Below, one piece after another: positions 20,999 through 32,591 of a stretch of 64,000 bases of DNA (position 1 is its first letter; every line of letters starts with the position of its first letter). Made by a program: the position numbers and the translations under genes. Source of the DNA: Escherichia phage dhaeg. Below the pieces are notes generated by a model that was given only the letters and a program-made list of their open reading frames with translations, was not told where the DNA came from and did no database searches. The DNA lies in sequence record MN850609.1, one strand, 5' to 3'.

Positions 20999-21292
20999 AT
21001 GAGAGTCTGTAGAGTTGTTAACAAGTATAAAGAAGATTTTGATGTCAATATCCAGCGTGGAACCATGTGGGGTAATCCATTTAAAGATGGTACCCGCGAG
21101 GAAAACATCAAGAACTTTAAAGAATACTTTATTGCTAAAATAAAATCGGGTGAAATTAAAAGAGAACACCTTGAAACCCTTAGAGGTATGCGAATAGCGT
21201 GCACCTGTAAACCTAAGGACTGTCATGGGGATGTGATAGCCCTGGTTGTTAACAAACTTTTCAAAGATACGTTCTCATTAGAAGACCTATAA
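20999..21292 (+). CDS. hypothetical protein with DUF4326-like motif (GNPF ... C.CKP..CHGDV)
   Basis: 97 aa from ATG at 20999; motif pattern only. Confidence 0.5.
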   Translation: MRVCRVVNKYKEDFDVNIQRGTMWGNPFKDGTREENIKNFKEYFIAKIKSGEIKREHLETLRGMRIACTCKPKDCHGDVIALVVNKLFKDTFSLEDL

Positions 21293-21358
21293 ATATCAGT
21301 CCATGCTTAACAGGTTCTATGTTATTATAGATGTAGAACCTAACATATTGAGGAAATT

Positions 21359-23614
21359 ATGCAAGTACAAAAGAGTAGTGGTGTATCCCAAGATTTTGAC
21401 GCACAAAAAATTATTAAAGTTCTGACTTGGGGCTGTGAAGGAACCCAAATCGACCCCTATGAATTATACGAAGAAATCAAATCCCATCTTCGTGATGGTA
21501 TGACCACCAAAGATATCCAGAATCTGACTGTTAAGGTAGCAGCCAACCTTATCTCGGTTGAAGAACCCGATTACCAATATGTTGCTGCAAAGCAATTGAT
21601 GTTTGCCCTGCGTAAAGAAGTTTATGGCCAGTTTGAACCGCGTAGTTTTATTGACCATATTTCCTATTGTGTTAACGAAGGTAAATATGACCCTGAATTG
21701 CTGTCTCGATATTCTGCGGAAGAAATTACTTTCTTAGAATCTCATATCAAGCATGAACGCGATTTTGAATTGACCTATGCGGGTGCAATGCAGCTGAAAG
21801 AGAAATATCTGGTTAAAGATAAAACAACCGGTAAAATCTACGAAACCCCTCAGTTCGCTATCATGTGTATTGGTATGGCCTTACACCAAGACGAGCCAGG
21901 TAACCGTTTAGCACATATTATTCGTTTTTATGACGCTGTAAGTACTCGTCAGGTTTCGTTGCCTACTCCTATTATGGCAGGAGCACGTACTCCAACCCGT
22001 CAATTTAGTTCTTGTGTGGTTATTGAAGCAGGCGACTCGCTGAAATCTATTAACAAAACCGCTAACTCAATAATTGAATACATTTCTAAACGTGCAGGTA
22101 TTGGTATCAACGTTGGTATGATTCGTGCTGAAGGTTCTCGTATTGGCATGGGTGAAGTCAAGCATACCGGTGTTATTCCATTCTGGAAACATTTCCAGAC
22201 TGCTGTTAAATCATGTTCACAAGGTGGAATCCGTGGCGGCGCTGCTACTGCTTATTATCCTATTTGGCATTTGGAAGTTGAAAATCTGCTCGTTCTGAAA
22301 AACAACAAAGGTGTCGATGAGAACCGTATTCGACATATGGACTACGGAATCCAGTTGAACGACCTTATGATGGAACGTTTCGGTAAAAATGATTACATCA
22401 CGTTGTTCAGTCCTCATGAAATGGGCGGTGAGCTTTATTATTCTTATTTTGAAGACCAAGAACGTTTCCGTGAATTGTATGAAGCGGCTGAAAAAGACCC
22501 TAGCATTCGCAAGAAACGTATTAAAGCACGCGACCTCTTTGAATTGTTCATGACCGAACGTTCAGGCACTGCACGAATTTATCCTCAGTTTGTTGATAAC
22601 ACTAACAACTTCACACCATTTATTCGTGAAAAGGCTCCTATTCGCCAGAGTAACTTGTGTTGTGAAATTGCTATCCCGACCACCGATGTGAATAGTCCGG
22701 ACGCTGAAATCGGGTTGTGTACGCTGTCTGCATTCGTGTTGGATAACTTTGATTGGCAAGACCAAGACAAAATCAACGAACTTGCTGAAGTACAGGTACG
22801 TGCACTTGATAACTTGTTAGATTATCAAAGCTATCCTGTTCCTGAAGCTTTGAAGGCTAAGAAACGTCGTAACCTGGGTGTAGGTGTTACGAACTACGCC
22901 GCATGGTTAGCAAGCAACTTTGCTTCTTATGAAGATGCAAACGATTTAACTCACGAATTGTTTGAGAGATTACAGTATGGACTTATCAGAGCATCAATCA
23001 AGTTGGCCGAAGAAAAAGGGCCTTGCGAGTATTATTCAGACACTAAATGGTCTCGAGGCGAGCTTCCTATCGACTGGTACAATAAAAAGATTGACCAAAT
23101 CGCAGCCCCAAACTATGTTTGTGACTGGTCGTCGTTGCGGGAAGACTTGGCTAAACATGGCATCCGTAATAGCACATTATCAGCACTTATGCCATGCGAG
23201 TCAAGCAGCCAAGTTTCCAACTCTACAAACGGTATCGAACCTCCGCGTGGTCCGGTAAGTATTAAAGAATCTAAAGAAGGTAACTTCCGTCAGGTAGTTC
23301 CTAATGTAGAACATAACCAAGGCCTCTATGATTACGCTTGGAGCCTCGCTAAGAAAGGTAATAAACCTTATCTTACCCAAGTAGCAATTATGTTGAAATG
23401 GGTTTGCCAATCTGCATCAGCGAATACGTATTACGACCCTCAGAACTATGAGAAAGGAAAAGTTCCTATGTCAGTAATGCTTGATGACCTGTTATATTTC
23501 TGGTACTTTGGTGGTAAGAACCTTTACTATCATAACACCCGTGATGGCTCTGGTACCGACGATTATGAAATCGAAACCCCTAAAGCCGATGATTGCGCAG
23601 CTTGTAAGCTTTAA
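21359..23614 (+). CDS. nrdA: aerobic ribonucleotide reductase large subunit
   Basis: 751 aa; N-terminal ATP-cone, catalytic-site block SNLCCEI, C-terminal redox-active cysteines (..CAACKL). Confidence 0.95.
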   Translation: MQVQKSSGVSQDFDAQKIIKVLTWGCEGTQIDPYELYEEIKSHLRDGMTTKDIQNLTVKVAANLISVEEPDYQYVAAKQLMFALRKEVYGQFEPRSFIDHISYCVNEGKYDPELLSRYSAEEITFLESHIKHERDFELTYAGAMQLKEKYLVKDKTTGKIYETPQFAIMCIGMALHQDEPGNRLAHIIRFYDAVSTRQVSLPTPIMAGARTPTRQFSSCVVIEAGDSLKSINKTANSIIEYISKRAGIGINVGMIRAEGSRIGMGEVKHTGVIPFWKHFQTAVKSCSQGGIRGGAATAYYPIWHLEVENLLVLKNNKGVDENRIRHMDYGIQLNDLMMERFGKNDYITLFSPHEMGGELYYSYFEDQERFRELYEAAEKDPSIRKKRIKARDLFELFMTERSGTARIYPQFVDNTNNFTPFIREKAPIRQSNLCCEIAIPTTDVNSPDAEIGLCTLSAFVLDNFDWQDQDKINELAEVQVRALDNLLDYQSYPVPEALKAKKRRNLGVGVTNYAAWLASNFASYEDANDLTHELFERLQYGLIRASIKLAEEKGPCEYYSDTKWSRGELPIDWYNKKIDQIAAPNYVCDWSSLREDLAKHGIRNSTLSALMPCESSSQVSNSTNGIEPPRGPVSIKESKEGNFRQVVPNVEHNQGLYDYAWSLAKKGNKPYLTQVAIMLKWVCQSASANTYYDPQNYEKGKVPMSVMLDDLLYFWYFGGKNLYYHNTRDGSGTDDYEIETPKADDCAACKL

Positions 23615-23667
23615 TAAAATCTGATTATAATTGACTCATGGATGAGTCACTAACAAATGAGAATAAT

Positions 23668-24807
23668 ATGTCTACAGTTTTTAATACTACCCCAGTTGAT
23701 GTTTTAGTCGAACCGATGTTCTTTGGTTCAGGATTGGGTATTGCTCGTTACGATATCCAACGTCATAAAGTATTCGAAGAGCTTTGTGAAAAGCAGTTGA
23801 GTTTCTTCTGGCGTCCAGAGGAAGTTAACTTGATGATGGATGCTGCCCAGTTTAATAAGCTTCCTCAATTCCAACAAAATATTTTTACCAATAACCTGAA
23901 GTATCAATCACTTCTGGATAGTATCCAGGGACGTGCTCCTTCTGCTGCGCTCCAAGCATTGATTTCAGACCCTAGCCTTGATACATGGGTGGCTACATGG
24001 ACCTTTAGTGAAACTATTCACTCTCGTTCGTATACCCATATCATGCGTAACCTATACACAGACCCATCTAAGGTATTTGATGAAATTCTGTTAGATGAAG
24101 CTATCATGAAACGTGCTGAATCTATTGGTCGCTATTATGATGATGTTATTGAGAAAACCCGACTTTACCAGAATGCTTTAGAAGAATATCATGAGTTTAG
24201 CGAAGGCGTAAAACAGGCCAAATACGAACTAATGCGCTCTCTTTACCTCTGCCTGCATGTAATAAACGCATTGGAAGCTATTCGTTTTTATGTATCTTTC
24301 GCATGTACCTTTAACTTCCATAAGAATATGGAAATCATGGAAGGTAATGCTAAGATTATGAAGTTCATTGCACGTGATGAACAGCTTCACCTTAAAGGCA
24401 CCCAGTACATTATCCGTCAACTCCAGCTTGGTACAGATGGTGATGAATGGGTTAAAATTGCTCAAGAGTGTGAACAAGAAGCAGTTGATATTTTCATGGA
24501 AGTTAACCGACAAGAAAAAGAGTGGGCCGCTCACCTGTTCAAAGATGGTACTTGCCCTGGATTAAATACTCAGAACATGGGTGCTTTTGTCGATTACCTG
24601 ACAGTTTCTCGTATGAAGCAATGTGGCTTACCGTGTCCTATTACTGATGCCCCTACTCGCCATCCTTATCCTTGGATTCGCGAATACCTGAACTCTGATG
24701 CTGTACAGGCTGCTCCTCAGGAAGTGGAAATCAGTTCTTACCTTGTAGCACAAATTGATAATGACGTCGATGAAAAAGTAATGGCGTCATACAAGAAATA
24801 TTTTTAA
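23668..24807 (+). CDS. nrdB: ribonucleotide reductase small subunit, uninterrupted
   Basis: 379 aa from MSTVFNTTPVD (T4 NrdB start); no intron; only 54 nt separates it from nrdA. Confidence 0.92.
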   Translation: MSTVFNTTPVDVLVEPMFFGSGLGIARYDIQRHKVFEELCEKQLSFFWRPEEVNLMMDAAQFNKLPQFQQNIFTNNLKYQSLLDSIQGRAPSAALQALISDPSLDTWVATWTFSETIHSRSYTHIMRNLYTDPSKVFDEILLDEAIMKRAESIGRYYDDVIEKTRLYQNALEEYHEFSEGVKQAKYELMRSLYLCLHVINALEAIRFYVSFACTFNFHKNMEIMEGNAKIMKFIARDEQLHLKGTQYIIRQLQLGTDGDEWVKIAQECEQEAVDIFMEVNRQEKEWAAHLFKDGTCPGLNTQNMGAFVDYLTVSRMKQCGLPCPITDAPTRHPYPWIREYLNSDAVQAAPQEVEISSYLVAQIDNDVDEKVMASYKKYF

Positions 24808-24834
24808 GGAATGGGGCTTCGGCCCCTTATTGCT

Positions 24835-25248
24835 ATGAAAGAAATCGCAGATGAATTTAGCTTTATCAAGTACGTTACACTGGAGCTCCAAACAGATGCT
24901 ACTATAGCCCCTATCACGGTTCCAAATAAACAAAATGTCATATATGCTATAGCGGTTGATGATATACTAGTCTACATCGGGAAGACTAAAAATCTTCGTA
25001 AGCGCATCAACTACTACCGAACCGCTATTAATCGTAAGGACCAAACGTCGGATTCGACCAAGTCCATTCTGATTCATGAAGCATTAATGGCTGGTAAAAA
25101 GGTAGAGTTCTATGCTAGACAGTGCTTTAATCTGTCAATGACTAACGAACTTGGAACTATGTCAGTTGAGACCATGTCTCTTGAAGAGCCAATGTTCATA
25201 AAGAAATTTAATCCACCTTGGAATACCCAACATAGGATAAAGCAATGA
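24835..25248 (+). CDS. denA: endonuclease II (GIY-YIG family)
   Basis: 137 aa from MKEIADEF; VIYAIA..D.LVYIGKTKNLRKRINYYR GIY-YIG block; near-colinear with T4 EndoII (136 aa). Confidence 0.9.
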   Translation: MKEIADEFSFIKYVTLELQTDATIAPITVPNKQNVIYAIAVDDILVYIGKTKNLRKRINYYRTAINRKDQTSDSTKSILIHEALMAGKKVEFYARQCFNLSMTNELGTMSVETMSLEEPMFIKKFNPPWNTQHRIKQ

Positions 25249-26393
25249 TTGAATTATATGATAACTTGATGACTTTGGTTAAAAACTCGACTAAATCTAA
25301 GTTCTTCTTTAAAGACTTCCAGAGTGCGCTAGGAGTCAACTATCGCATCTTTAGTTATAACTATGCATCGTACAGTGATTGGTTGGAAGACGGCGCACTA
25401 GAGTGCCGAGGCATTATGTTTGAAATGGACGAGAATGGTCCTGTACGTATCGCTGCTCGTCCTATGCAAAAGTTCTTTAATCTCGATGAAAACCCGTTGA
25501 CTATTGGTTTGGATTTATCACAAGAAAATATCGACCTCGTAATGGCCAAGGAAGATGGTTCTTTGATTTCTACCTTCATGGATAGACAATATCTTTCTGT
25601 TAAATCTAAAGGCTCTATCCATTCATCGATGGTACATGATTCTTTACGTTTCCTTCGACTCCCTGAAAATGAGGCCTTTGCTGCTCGTTTAGAAGAAATT
25701 ACTAAAGCAGGCTATACGTGCAACCTCGAGTATGTTTCGCCTACTAACCGTATTGTGCTGGCATACCAAGAAACAAACCTTATCTTACTGAACGTTCGTA
25801 ATAACGAAACAGGTGAGTATATCCCTTACGCTGAACTGTTTAAAGATGGCGCTCTGCGTAAGCATTTGGTTAAAAGCTATGAACTCGCTGAAGGTGATTT
25901 TGTTGACAATATCCGTAAACAAGAGGGTATTGAAGGCTTTATCTTTGTACTTAAAGATGGTACGTTCTTTAAACTCAAAACCGCTTGGTATAGCGCACTG
26001 CATCATACCAAAGATTCCATTAACAACAACGAACGTTTGTTTGAAGTTGTAGTGGCCGGTGGAACCGATGACCTCCGAGGTTTGTTCAGCACAGATTCAT
26101 TTGCTATTGAGAAAATCAATGCATTTGAACGTATCCATTTAGACTACTTAGAACAGTCCTTGGCTTTGTTAGAAGCAGCATATTCTCAGCTCAAGGGTCG
26201 TGACCGTAAAGACTATGCTGTTACCGGTCAGTTAATTCTCAAAGACTTCCCAGGGCTGTTCTCTATTCTTATGCAGGCGTACGTAGGCGGTATTAATTAT
26301 GATACGGTCGTAGACCAGATTAACTCTGTGTTCTTGAAAAATCATAAGGCCCAAATCCCTGAAAAATATTTGAAAGAAATTGTGATAGAGTAG
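25245..26393 (+). CDS. rnlA: RNA ligase 1
   Basis: 382 aa; YRIFSYNYASYSDW...ALECRGIMFEMD, KEDGSL (lysine nucleotidyl motif), NRIVLAYQE...LLNVR.NETGEY match T4 Rnl1. Confidence 0.95.
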   Translation: MIELYDNLMTLVKNSTKSKFFFKDFQSALGVNYRIFSYNYASYSDWLEDGALECRGIMFEMDENGPVRIAARPMQKFFNLDENPLTIGLDLSQENIDLVMAKEDGSLISTFMDRQYLSVKSKGSIHSSMVHDSLRFLRLPENEAFAARLEEITKAGYTCNLEYVSPTNRIVLAYQETNLILLNVRNNETGEYIPYAELFKDGALRKHLVKSYELAEGDFVDNIRKQEGIEGFIFVLKDGTFFKLKTAWYSALHHTKDSINNNERLFEVVVAGGTDDLRGLFSTDSFAIEKINAFERIHLDYLEQSLALLEAAYSQLKGRDRKDYAVTGQLILKDFPGLFSILMQAYVGGINYDTVVDQINSVFLKNHKAQIPEKYLKEIVIE

Positions 26394-26421
26394 TTTACAT
26401 CTCCTCATGATGTGTTAGTAT
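26393..26421 (+). promoter_or_regulatory. early promoter cassette upstream of alc
   Basis: gtttac 26393-26398, tagtat 26416-26421, flanked by inverted repeat ctcctcat/atgaggag whose 3' arm contains the SD. Confidence 0.5.
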
Positions 26422-26451
26422 AGACTTACCAACTAATGAGGAGAAAACAAA

Positions 26452-26952
26452 ATGAATATGCAAATGATTACCAACGAAATGGTTGTTAAAGCTTTTGGTG
26501 ACTCTACTGACGGTATCCAAGTTTTTAAAGGTTCTCGTGCAGTAGGGTACCTAACCGATCTTCGTGTTACTTTAGCTAAAAATGCTAAAAAGAAAATTAA
26601 GCAAAAAGAATACTCAACCCGTTATGCAGAAGAAAAGCGTGAAGCCATGCCGGAAGCTGTTAACTCTATGGTTGAGTTTCTCCAAAACAACCTTTCTAAG
26701 TATGATGCTGAGGTATTCATTAATATCAGCCAACCTAATGTCAAAGTCGCAGGAATCACTTTCTATTTGATTTGCGACCCATTAAGCGATAAGTTTAATC
26801 GCCTTGGCATTTCCAGCCCGTACCATACCGCTGAAGAATTGTGCGTGATGTTTGAAACGTATAAAATCCAGTGTGAAAACCCTAAAACGGTTCTTATCAA
26901 CTCCCTGTCACGTGATGACATCATCGAGATTATTACCAAATGTCTAAATTAA
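26452..26952 (+). CDS. alc: putative Alc (host transcription shutoff) by position
   Basis: 166 aa between rnlA and the spanin pair, as alc (about 167 aa) is in T4. Confidence 0.55.
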   Translation: MNMQMITNEMVVKAFGDSTDGIQVFKGSRAVGYLTDLRVTLAKNAKKKIKQKEYSTRYAEEKREAMPEAVNSMVEFLQNNLSKYDAEVFINISQPNVKVAGITFYLICDPLSDKFNRLGISSPYHTAEELCVMFETYKIQCENPKTVLINSLSRDDIIEIITKCLN

Positions 26953-27293
26953 GTATTTACCTTTTAGCTGGAGCTCTTGCAGTAGGTGCTTATGGTCTGA
27001 TTTCATATCAATCAAGCCGTATTGATACCCTTACTGAAGAACTGAAAACGACCCAGGAAGCGGCTAAACAGAACGCCGAAGCTGTTGATGACCTTCGTGG
27101 TCAATATTCAGATATTGAATTCCGTACTACTGAAATGAATGCCAGACTGGATAAAATTAAGGTAGAAAATGAAAAGCTCCGTAAAGATTCGAAGAAGGCG
27201 CACGTGGTGGCAAGTAAGCCAGGATTGGTCGAAAAACAAATCAACAAGTCCTTCGATTCCTTTACAGAAGACTTCAGGAGCATCACAGAATGA
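26940..27293 (+). CDS. i-spanin (PseT.3-like)
   Basis: 117 aa; N-terminal TM helix (LSIYLLAGALAVGAYGLI) then charged coiled-coil periplasmic domain. Confidence 0.75.
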   Translation: MSKLSIYLLAGALAVGAYGLISYQSSRIDTLTEELKTTQEAAKQNAEAVDDLRGQYSDIEFRTTEMNARLDKIKVENEKLRKDSKKAHVVASKPGLVEKQINKSFDSFTEDFRSITE

Positions 27294-27580
27294 TTAAATT
27301 GGCTGCTGTAATGTTATCTATTGGATTGCTAGTTGGATGTGCCCAGGATGTTCCTGTAGCGCCTAAACAACAACTCCACCCTTCATGGCCACAACCTATT
27401 GCCGAACATAATGTTAAGTGGCAGGTTAAGGTAATCGATGGTAAGGCTTGGGTCGGTATGCCATTTGAAGACTCCCAAGAACATCGGATTTGGTTGAATG
27501 ACGTAAAAAGATATGTACAAGACCAGAAATCTATGTTATGTTATTATCGTTCTGGGTTAAAAGAGGAGAAGTGCAAATGA
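27290..27580 (+). CDS. o-spanin lipoprotein (PseT.2-like)
   Basis: 96 aa; signal peptide with lipobox LLVGC; overlaps i-spanin stop (ATGA). Confidence 0.75.
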   Translation: MIKLAAVMLSIGLLVGCAQDVPVAPKQQLHPSWPQPIAEHNVKWQVKVIDGKAWVGMPFEDSQEHRIWLNDVKRYVQDQKSMLCYYRSGLKEEKCK

Positions 27581-27684
27581 TCGAGGCTTGTGCTGACGGG
27601 TGGGATATCGTTCGATTTGGTTTTGCATGCTTTTGTTTTGGAATCGTGTTCAGCATGTGTATGAACGGTATTTTTGGAAAGTAG

Positions 27685-27713
27685 TTTACAAACTCTTAGG
27701 AGCAGAGTATAAT
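27685..27713 (+). promoter_or_regulatory. early promoter cassette (GTTTAC, 17 nt, TATAAT inside taggagca/tgctccta inverted repeat)
   Basis: gtttac 27685-27690; tataat 27708-27713. Confidence 0.55.
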
Positions 27714-27747
27714 GCTCCTACGGATTATAAAAATTGAGGAAATGACT

Positions 27748-28205
27748 ATGAAAATATTATGGTATGTTGAGAACGCTAATAATATCATGAAGTGTAAAGA
27801 CGAATTCTTCCAAAATCTGGCCCGAATTGGTTCTTGCCGTAAAACACCTTTGGAAGGTAAAGCTCGATTCTTTATTTCAGAATGTAAAGACAAAGCTATT
27901 ACAGAAGTTGAATACTACGCCCCATGGAATGATTTCCCGAGCAGAGTGTTGAAATTATCCAAGCCTATTCCTTCTGATGTGTGGAATTCAATCTTAGATG
28001 TTACTGCATGCTATGAAGAAAACCAATCACTTCATGAAGAAAAAGAACGTATTCGCGAACTGGTAAAAAGTTTTGAATATGCGGCTAAACGCCATGGCCA
28101 AATGCAATCCGCAGTAACCCTTGGCGATGTTCCTGAAAGTGTTGCTTATGAATCAGGTAAAATCCTTAAAACCTGCCGTGAAGAACTTTATAAGGAGCTC
28201 GGTGT

Positions 28206-28209
<4 letters not shown>
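27748..28209 (+). CDS. hypothetical protein (PseT.1-like position)
   Basis: 153 aa from MKILWY with gagg SD 8 nt upstream. Confidence 0.5.
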
Positions 28210-29430
<1,221 letters not shown>

Positions 29431-29431
<1 letters not shown>

Positions 29432-29628
29432 TGAATAATATCGAAAAGATTTTTCGTACAATCGAAGAAATTGAAAAACGTAAATGCTTTTTCTTCGGCG
29501 TATGGCCTTTAACTGATGGACGTATTGGCCTGGATGTTATGGACTATAAAGATGAAGACAAGGTCGATGGTGGTATTTTTAAATCCGCGCCGGAACTCCT
29601 TGCCTTCTTGGAAGAACATTATGTATAA
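29431..29628 (+). CDS. hypothetical small protein (cd.x-like)
   Basis: 65 aa; TAATG overlap with pseT stop. Confidence 0.4.
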
Positions 29629-29836
29629 CAAACACCACGAAGTTGAAGAAGAAGCTTATAAAGAGCTTCAGAAACTGGTAGGACAGAATATGTCTCCTGC
29701 TCTCATTAACTCGCTTGCCACTCTTCGTAATGACTTGAACGAACGTTACAAAGGTGAATATTATGTCGAGTTCGTTCCACTGACTGAAGTCGTTGACCGG
29801 TTTATTGTTAACGTGAAGGTCCATACAGTACACTGA
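29621..29836 (+). CDS. hypothetical small protein
   Basis: 71 aa from MYNKHH. Confidence 0.4.
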   Translation: MYNKHHEVEEEAYKELQKLVGQNMSPALINSLATLRNDLNERYKGEYYVEFVPLTEVVDRFIVNVKVHTVH

Positions 29837-29837
29837 G

Positions 29838-30122
29838 GTGATTATGTTCCCTACTTATTCTGAAATTGTTAAAGTAGTTTTTAGTCAGATTGTATCTGAT
29901 TACCTATACGAACCTGTCGACACGTCGACTGAACTAAAAGTTCACGGTCGTTTGTCTGCTATTCTTGAAATCATGTTCCCGGATGCAGTCGATGCAATCA
30001 CTGTCCAACTCACGCCCGGTGCAGCATTTGCAATTGTTCCATTTAAAATTGATAACCACATTTTGGCTATTTCATGCAAAATGGACTTCCAGAAACAAAC
30101 GGTAGTTGTCGAAGCAATTTAA
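29838..30122 (+). CDS. hypothetical protein (94 aa)
   Basis: ORF with aggtga SD. Confidence 0.45.
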   Translation: MIMFPTYSEIVKVVFSQIVSDYLYEPVDTSTELKVHGRLSAILEIMFPDAVDAITVQLTPGAAFAIVPFKIDNHILAISCKMDFQKQTVVVEAI

Positions 30123-30124
30123 GT

Positions 30125-30154
30125 GTTTACAACATGGTAGGACTGTGGTATAGT
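30125..30154 (+). promoter_or_regulatory. early promoter cassette with inverted repeat gtaggact/agtcctac
   Basis: gtttac 30125-30130; tatagt in loop. Confidence 0.5.
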
Positions 30155-30184
30155 AGTCCTACCGAAACAAATGAGGAAATCGAA

Positions 30185-30739
30185 ATGAGCAAGTTCTTTG
30201 AAGAGCGTAAGTTTTATAAGTTCGTTAGTGAATACACTAAAAACAAATTCACTAATAACGGCGCTTACGGCCTCAATACAGCTTTTGCCAAGTATGTAGG
30301 TATGAACCCGTTTGAAGTTGAAATTGATTACCATAATGGGCGTGAACGTGTAAGCCGAATTCGTGTATATGACGAGATGATGTTTGTCGACCCGAGAAAA
30401 ATCACAGGTAATCCTGATGATGCAAATGCCGTTCTTTTTAATTCAACAGGCTTTTTTGGCCATGAATTCGATTACTTTATTGAAGTAGTACGTCCACTGG
30501 CCTCGGTGAGTATTCCTGAAAATGGTGGACCTAAACCGGTAAAAGCCACTGCGGATTGGAAAGTGCTTATCGTTAAAAATGGTAAGATTGAAGTTCATTC
30601 TCGCCATAACACAAAGGAACAAGCCGACCGTCAAGCCGAAGAGCTTTTGACCAGTTCGTTCCAACAAGTGTGTTATATTGTTAAAGGCGACGTTACCCAA
30701 GCTACCACTACCAAACAACTTAAGTTGGAGACCATCTAA
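30185..30739 (+). CDS. hypothetical protein (184 aa)
   Basis: ATG with gaggaaatcgaa SD. Confidence 0.5.
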   Translation: MSKFFEERKFYKFVSEYTKNKFTNNGAYGLNTAFAKYVGMNPFEVEIDYHNGRERVSRIRVYDEMMFVDPRKITGNPDDANAVLFNSTGFFGHEFDYFIEVVRPLASVSIPENGGPKPVKATADWKVLIVKNGKIEVHSRHNTKEQADRQAEELLTSSFQQVCYIVKGDVTQATTTKQLKLETI

Positions 30740-30972
30740 TGCTGAGCGAACAACCTATTACTGTAGAGCAGTTCCAAGTTAAAGTTAAAGAATTTGCTCA
30801 GGCTCTGATTAATAAGGTTTCTGTACGTTTTCCTGATGCAACTCTGCGAGTAATTCAGGAATCACCACGTGCGGTATTGGTTATCGTTAATCCTAAAAAT
30901 GGCGGCCAGATTACCCAGTTAAAACTTGGTTCTGATGGTCTGGTCGAAGCACAGCGAGTGTTCGTAGAATGA
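30739..30972 (+). CDS. hypothetical protein (77 aa)
   Basis: coupled ORF upstream of cd. Confidence 0.45.
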   Translation: MLSEQPITVEQFQVKVKEFAQALINKVSVRFPDATLRVIQESPRAVLVIVNPKNGGQITQLKLGSDGLVEAQRVFVE

Positions 30973-31514
30973 AAGCAAGTACATATCTTCAGATTGCCTA
31001 TCTGATTTCTCAGGAATCAAAATGTTGTTCATGGAAAGTTGGCGCGGTTATTGAAAAGAATGGTCGCATTATTTCTACAGGGTATAATGGTTCTCCGTCT
31101 GGTGGTGTTAACTGTTGTGACCATGCAGTGGAACAGGACTGGACTCGTGTTGTGTATGACCCAGCACGAATGTCCCATAAATCGATTCTTCTTAAAGAAC
31201 ATCGTATGGCCCATGCCGCATGGTCATCCAAAAATGAAATCCATGCCGAATTGAATGCTATCCTGTTCGCAGCTCGTACAGGAAGTTCTATTGACGGTGC
31301 TACGATGTATGTGACACTATCCCCATGTGCCGATTGTGCTAAGTCTATTGCGCAGTCTGGAATTAAAACACTGGTTTATGCTGAACTCTATGACCGAAAT
31401 CCTGAAGGTTGGGATGATATCCTCCGTGAATCAGGCATCGAAGTTATCCAGTATAACCGTACTGGCCTCCGTTCTCTGAACTGGGAATCAATTCAAAACT
31501 ATTGTGGTGAATAA
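30969..31514 (+). CDS. cd: dCMP deaminase
   Basis: 181 aa; cytidine/dCMP deaminase zinc motifs HAE and PCxxC. Confidence 0.85.
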   Translation: MKASTYLQIAYLISQESKCCSWKVGAVIEKNGRIISTGYNGSPSGGVNCCDHAVEQDWTRVVYDPARMSHKSILLKEHRMAHAAWSSKNEIHAELNAILFAARTGSSIDGATMYVTLSPCADCAKSIAQSGIKTLVYAELYDRNPEGWDDILRESGIEVIQYNRTGLRSLNWESIQNYCGE

Positions 31515-31747
31515 TGAAATTTCGTTTAGTTAAGTTTTCAGGTCTGAATTCAAAAGGTGAAAGCTTAGTAGCCTATTCGGTAGAATACAAAAAGTACTTT
31601 TTCTCTCGATGGAAATCGTACTATAAATCTGAGTGGGTTTATGCCGATATGAATTACAAAACAGTGCCTATTCTTGAGAATTGCCATAGCCTATTAAGAG
31701 CTCTAAAAGAGCGTAATGCAACCACTATTAAAACTATTCTGGAATAA
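31514..31747 (+). CDS. hypothetical protein (77 aa)
   Basis: TAATG-coupled ORF. Confidence 0.4.
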   Translation: MKFRLVKFSGLNSKGESLVAYSVEYKKYFFSRWKSYYKSEWVYADMNYKTVPILENCHSLLRALKERNATTIKTILE

Positions 31748-31749
31748 TT

Positions 31750-32049
31750 ATGATTTTAACTGAACAAGAAACTATTCGACTCCGTGAAAAAGTCAAGACC
31801 ATCTTGTCTGTTGGCTTTCACGAAGTTCTGTTTGAAAAGGCGGATGGCAGCGTTCGTCGTATGACTTGTACTCGCGACCTGGACCTCCTCCCGTATAAAG
31901 AAATTCAAGCACCGGGCCCAGAAGCTAATAAAGAACCGGTCAATTATATTCGTGTATTTGATACCAAGGTTAATGACTGGCGCTCGTTCCGTTTCGATAA
32001 ACTGATTTCTATTAATGGGCTTCAGACTGAAACTCTGCTTGTCATGTAA
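31750..32049 (+). CDS. hypothetical protein (99 aa)
   Basis: ORF. Confidence 0.45.
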   Translation: MILTEQETIRLREKVKTILSVGFHEVLFEKADGSVRRMTCTRDLDLLPYKEIQAPGPEANKEPVNYIRVFDTKVNDWRSFRFDKLISINGLQTETLLVM

Positions 32050-32107
32050 TATGCTTTAAGAATAGCGTGTTATTATTAATCTATCAACAAAACAACATGG
32101 ATTAAAT

Positions 32108-32431
32108 ATGGAACTTCCTATTAAAGCGGTCGGAGAATATGTTATTCTCGTTTCCGAACCAAAACAAGCTGGCGATGAAGAAACTACTGCATCTGGTATC
32201 GTTATTGGTAAACTTCACCAAGGTGAAATCCCTGAACTTTGTGAAATTTATTCTGTAGGACCTGATGTCCCTGAAGGGTTTTGTGAAGTAGGTGATTTGA
32301 CTCCACTTCCTGTTGGTAAGATTGCTAACGTGCCGCATCCTTTAGTTGCATTGGGTATTAAACAGCCTAAAGAAATTAAACAGAAATTCGTTACCTGTCA
32401 CTATAAAGCTATTCCGTGTCTTTATAAGTGA
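32108..32431 (+). CDS. 31: gp31 co-chaperonin (GroES-like)
   Basis: 107 aa; [18 protein letters not shown]...[22 protein letters not shown]...[31 protein letters not shown] matches T4 gp31. Confidence 0.95.
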   Translation: MELPIKAVGEYVILVSEPKQAGDEETTASGIVIGKLHQGEIPELCEIYSVGPDVPEGFCEVGDLTPLPVGKIANVPHPLVALGIKQPKEIKQKFVTCHYKAIPCLYK

Positions 32432-32591
32432 TATAAATAATAATATGGATTGGCTGATGTCATACAGAGCTTTGCTGGTGTATGGGGTTAGCTAATCCTA
32501 AGCGGTGGACTACAACTGAGAGACTTGCCGAAAGGAAGTGAAATTCAGAAGAACGTGTCCACCAATCTTTATCTCGAATCGAGAATTTAAA

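Noticed and set aside
24811-25248. GIY-YIG motif, considered as a possible homing endonuclease (seg/I-Tev type)
   Set aside because: The protein is short (137 aa), colinear with T4 endonuclease II (denA), and sits at the denA position; it has no C-terminal DNA-binding extension typical of homing endonucleases.
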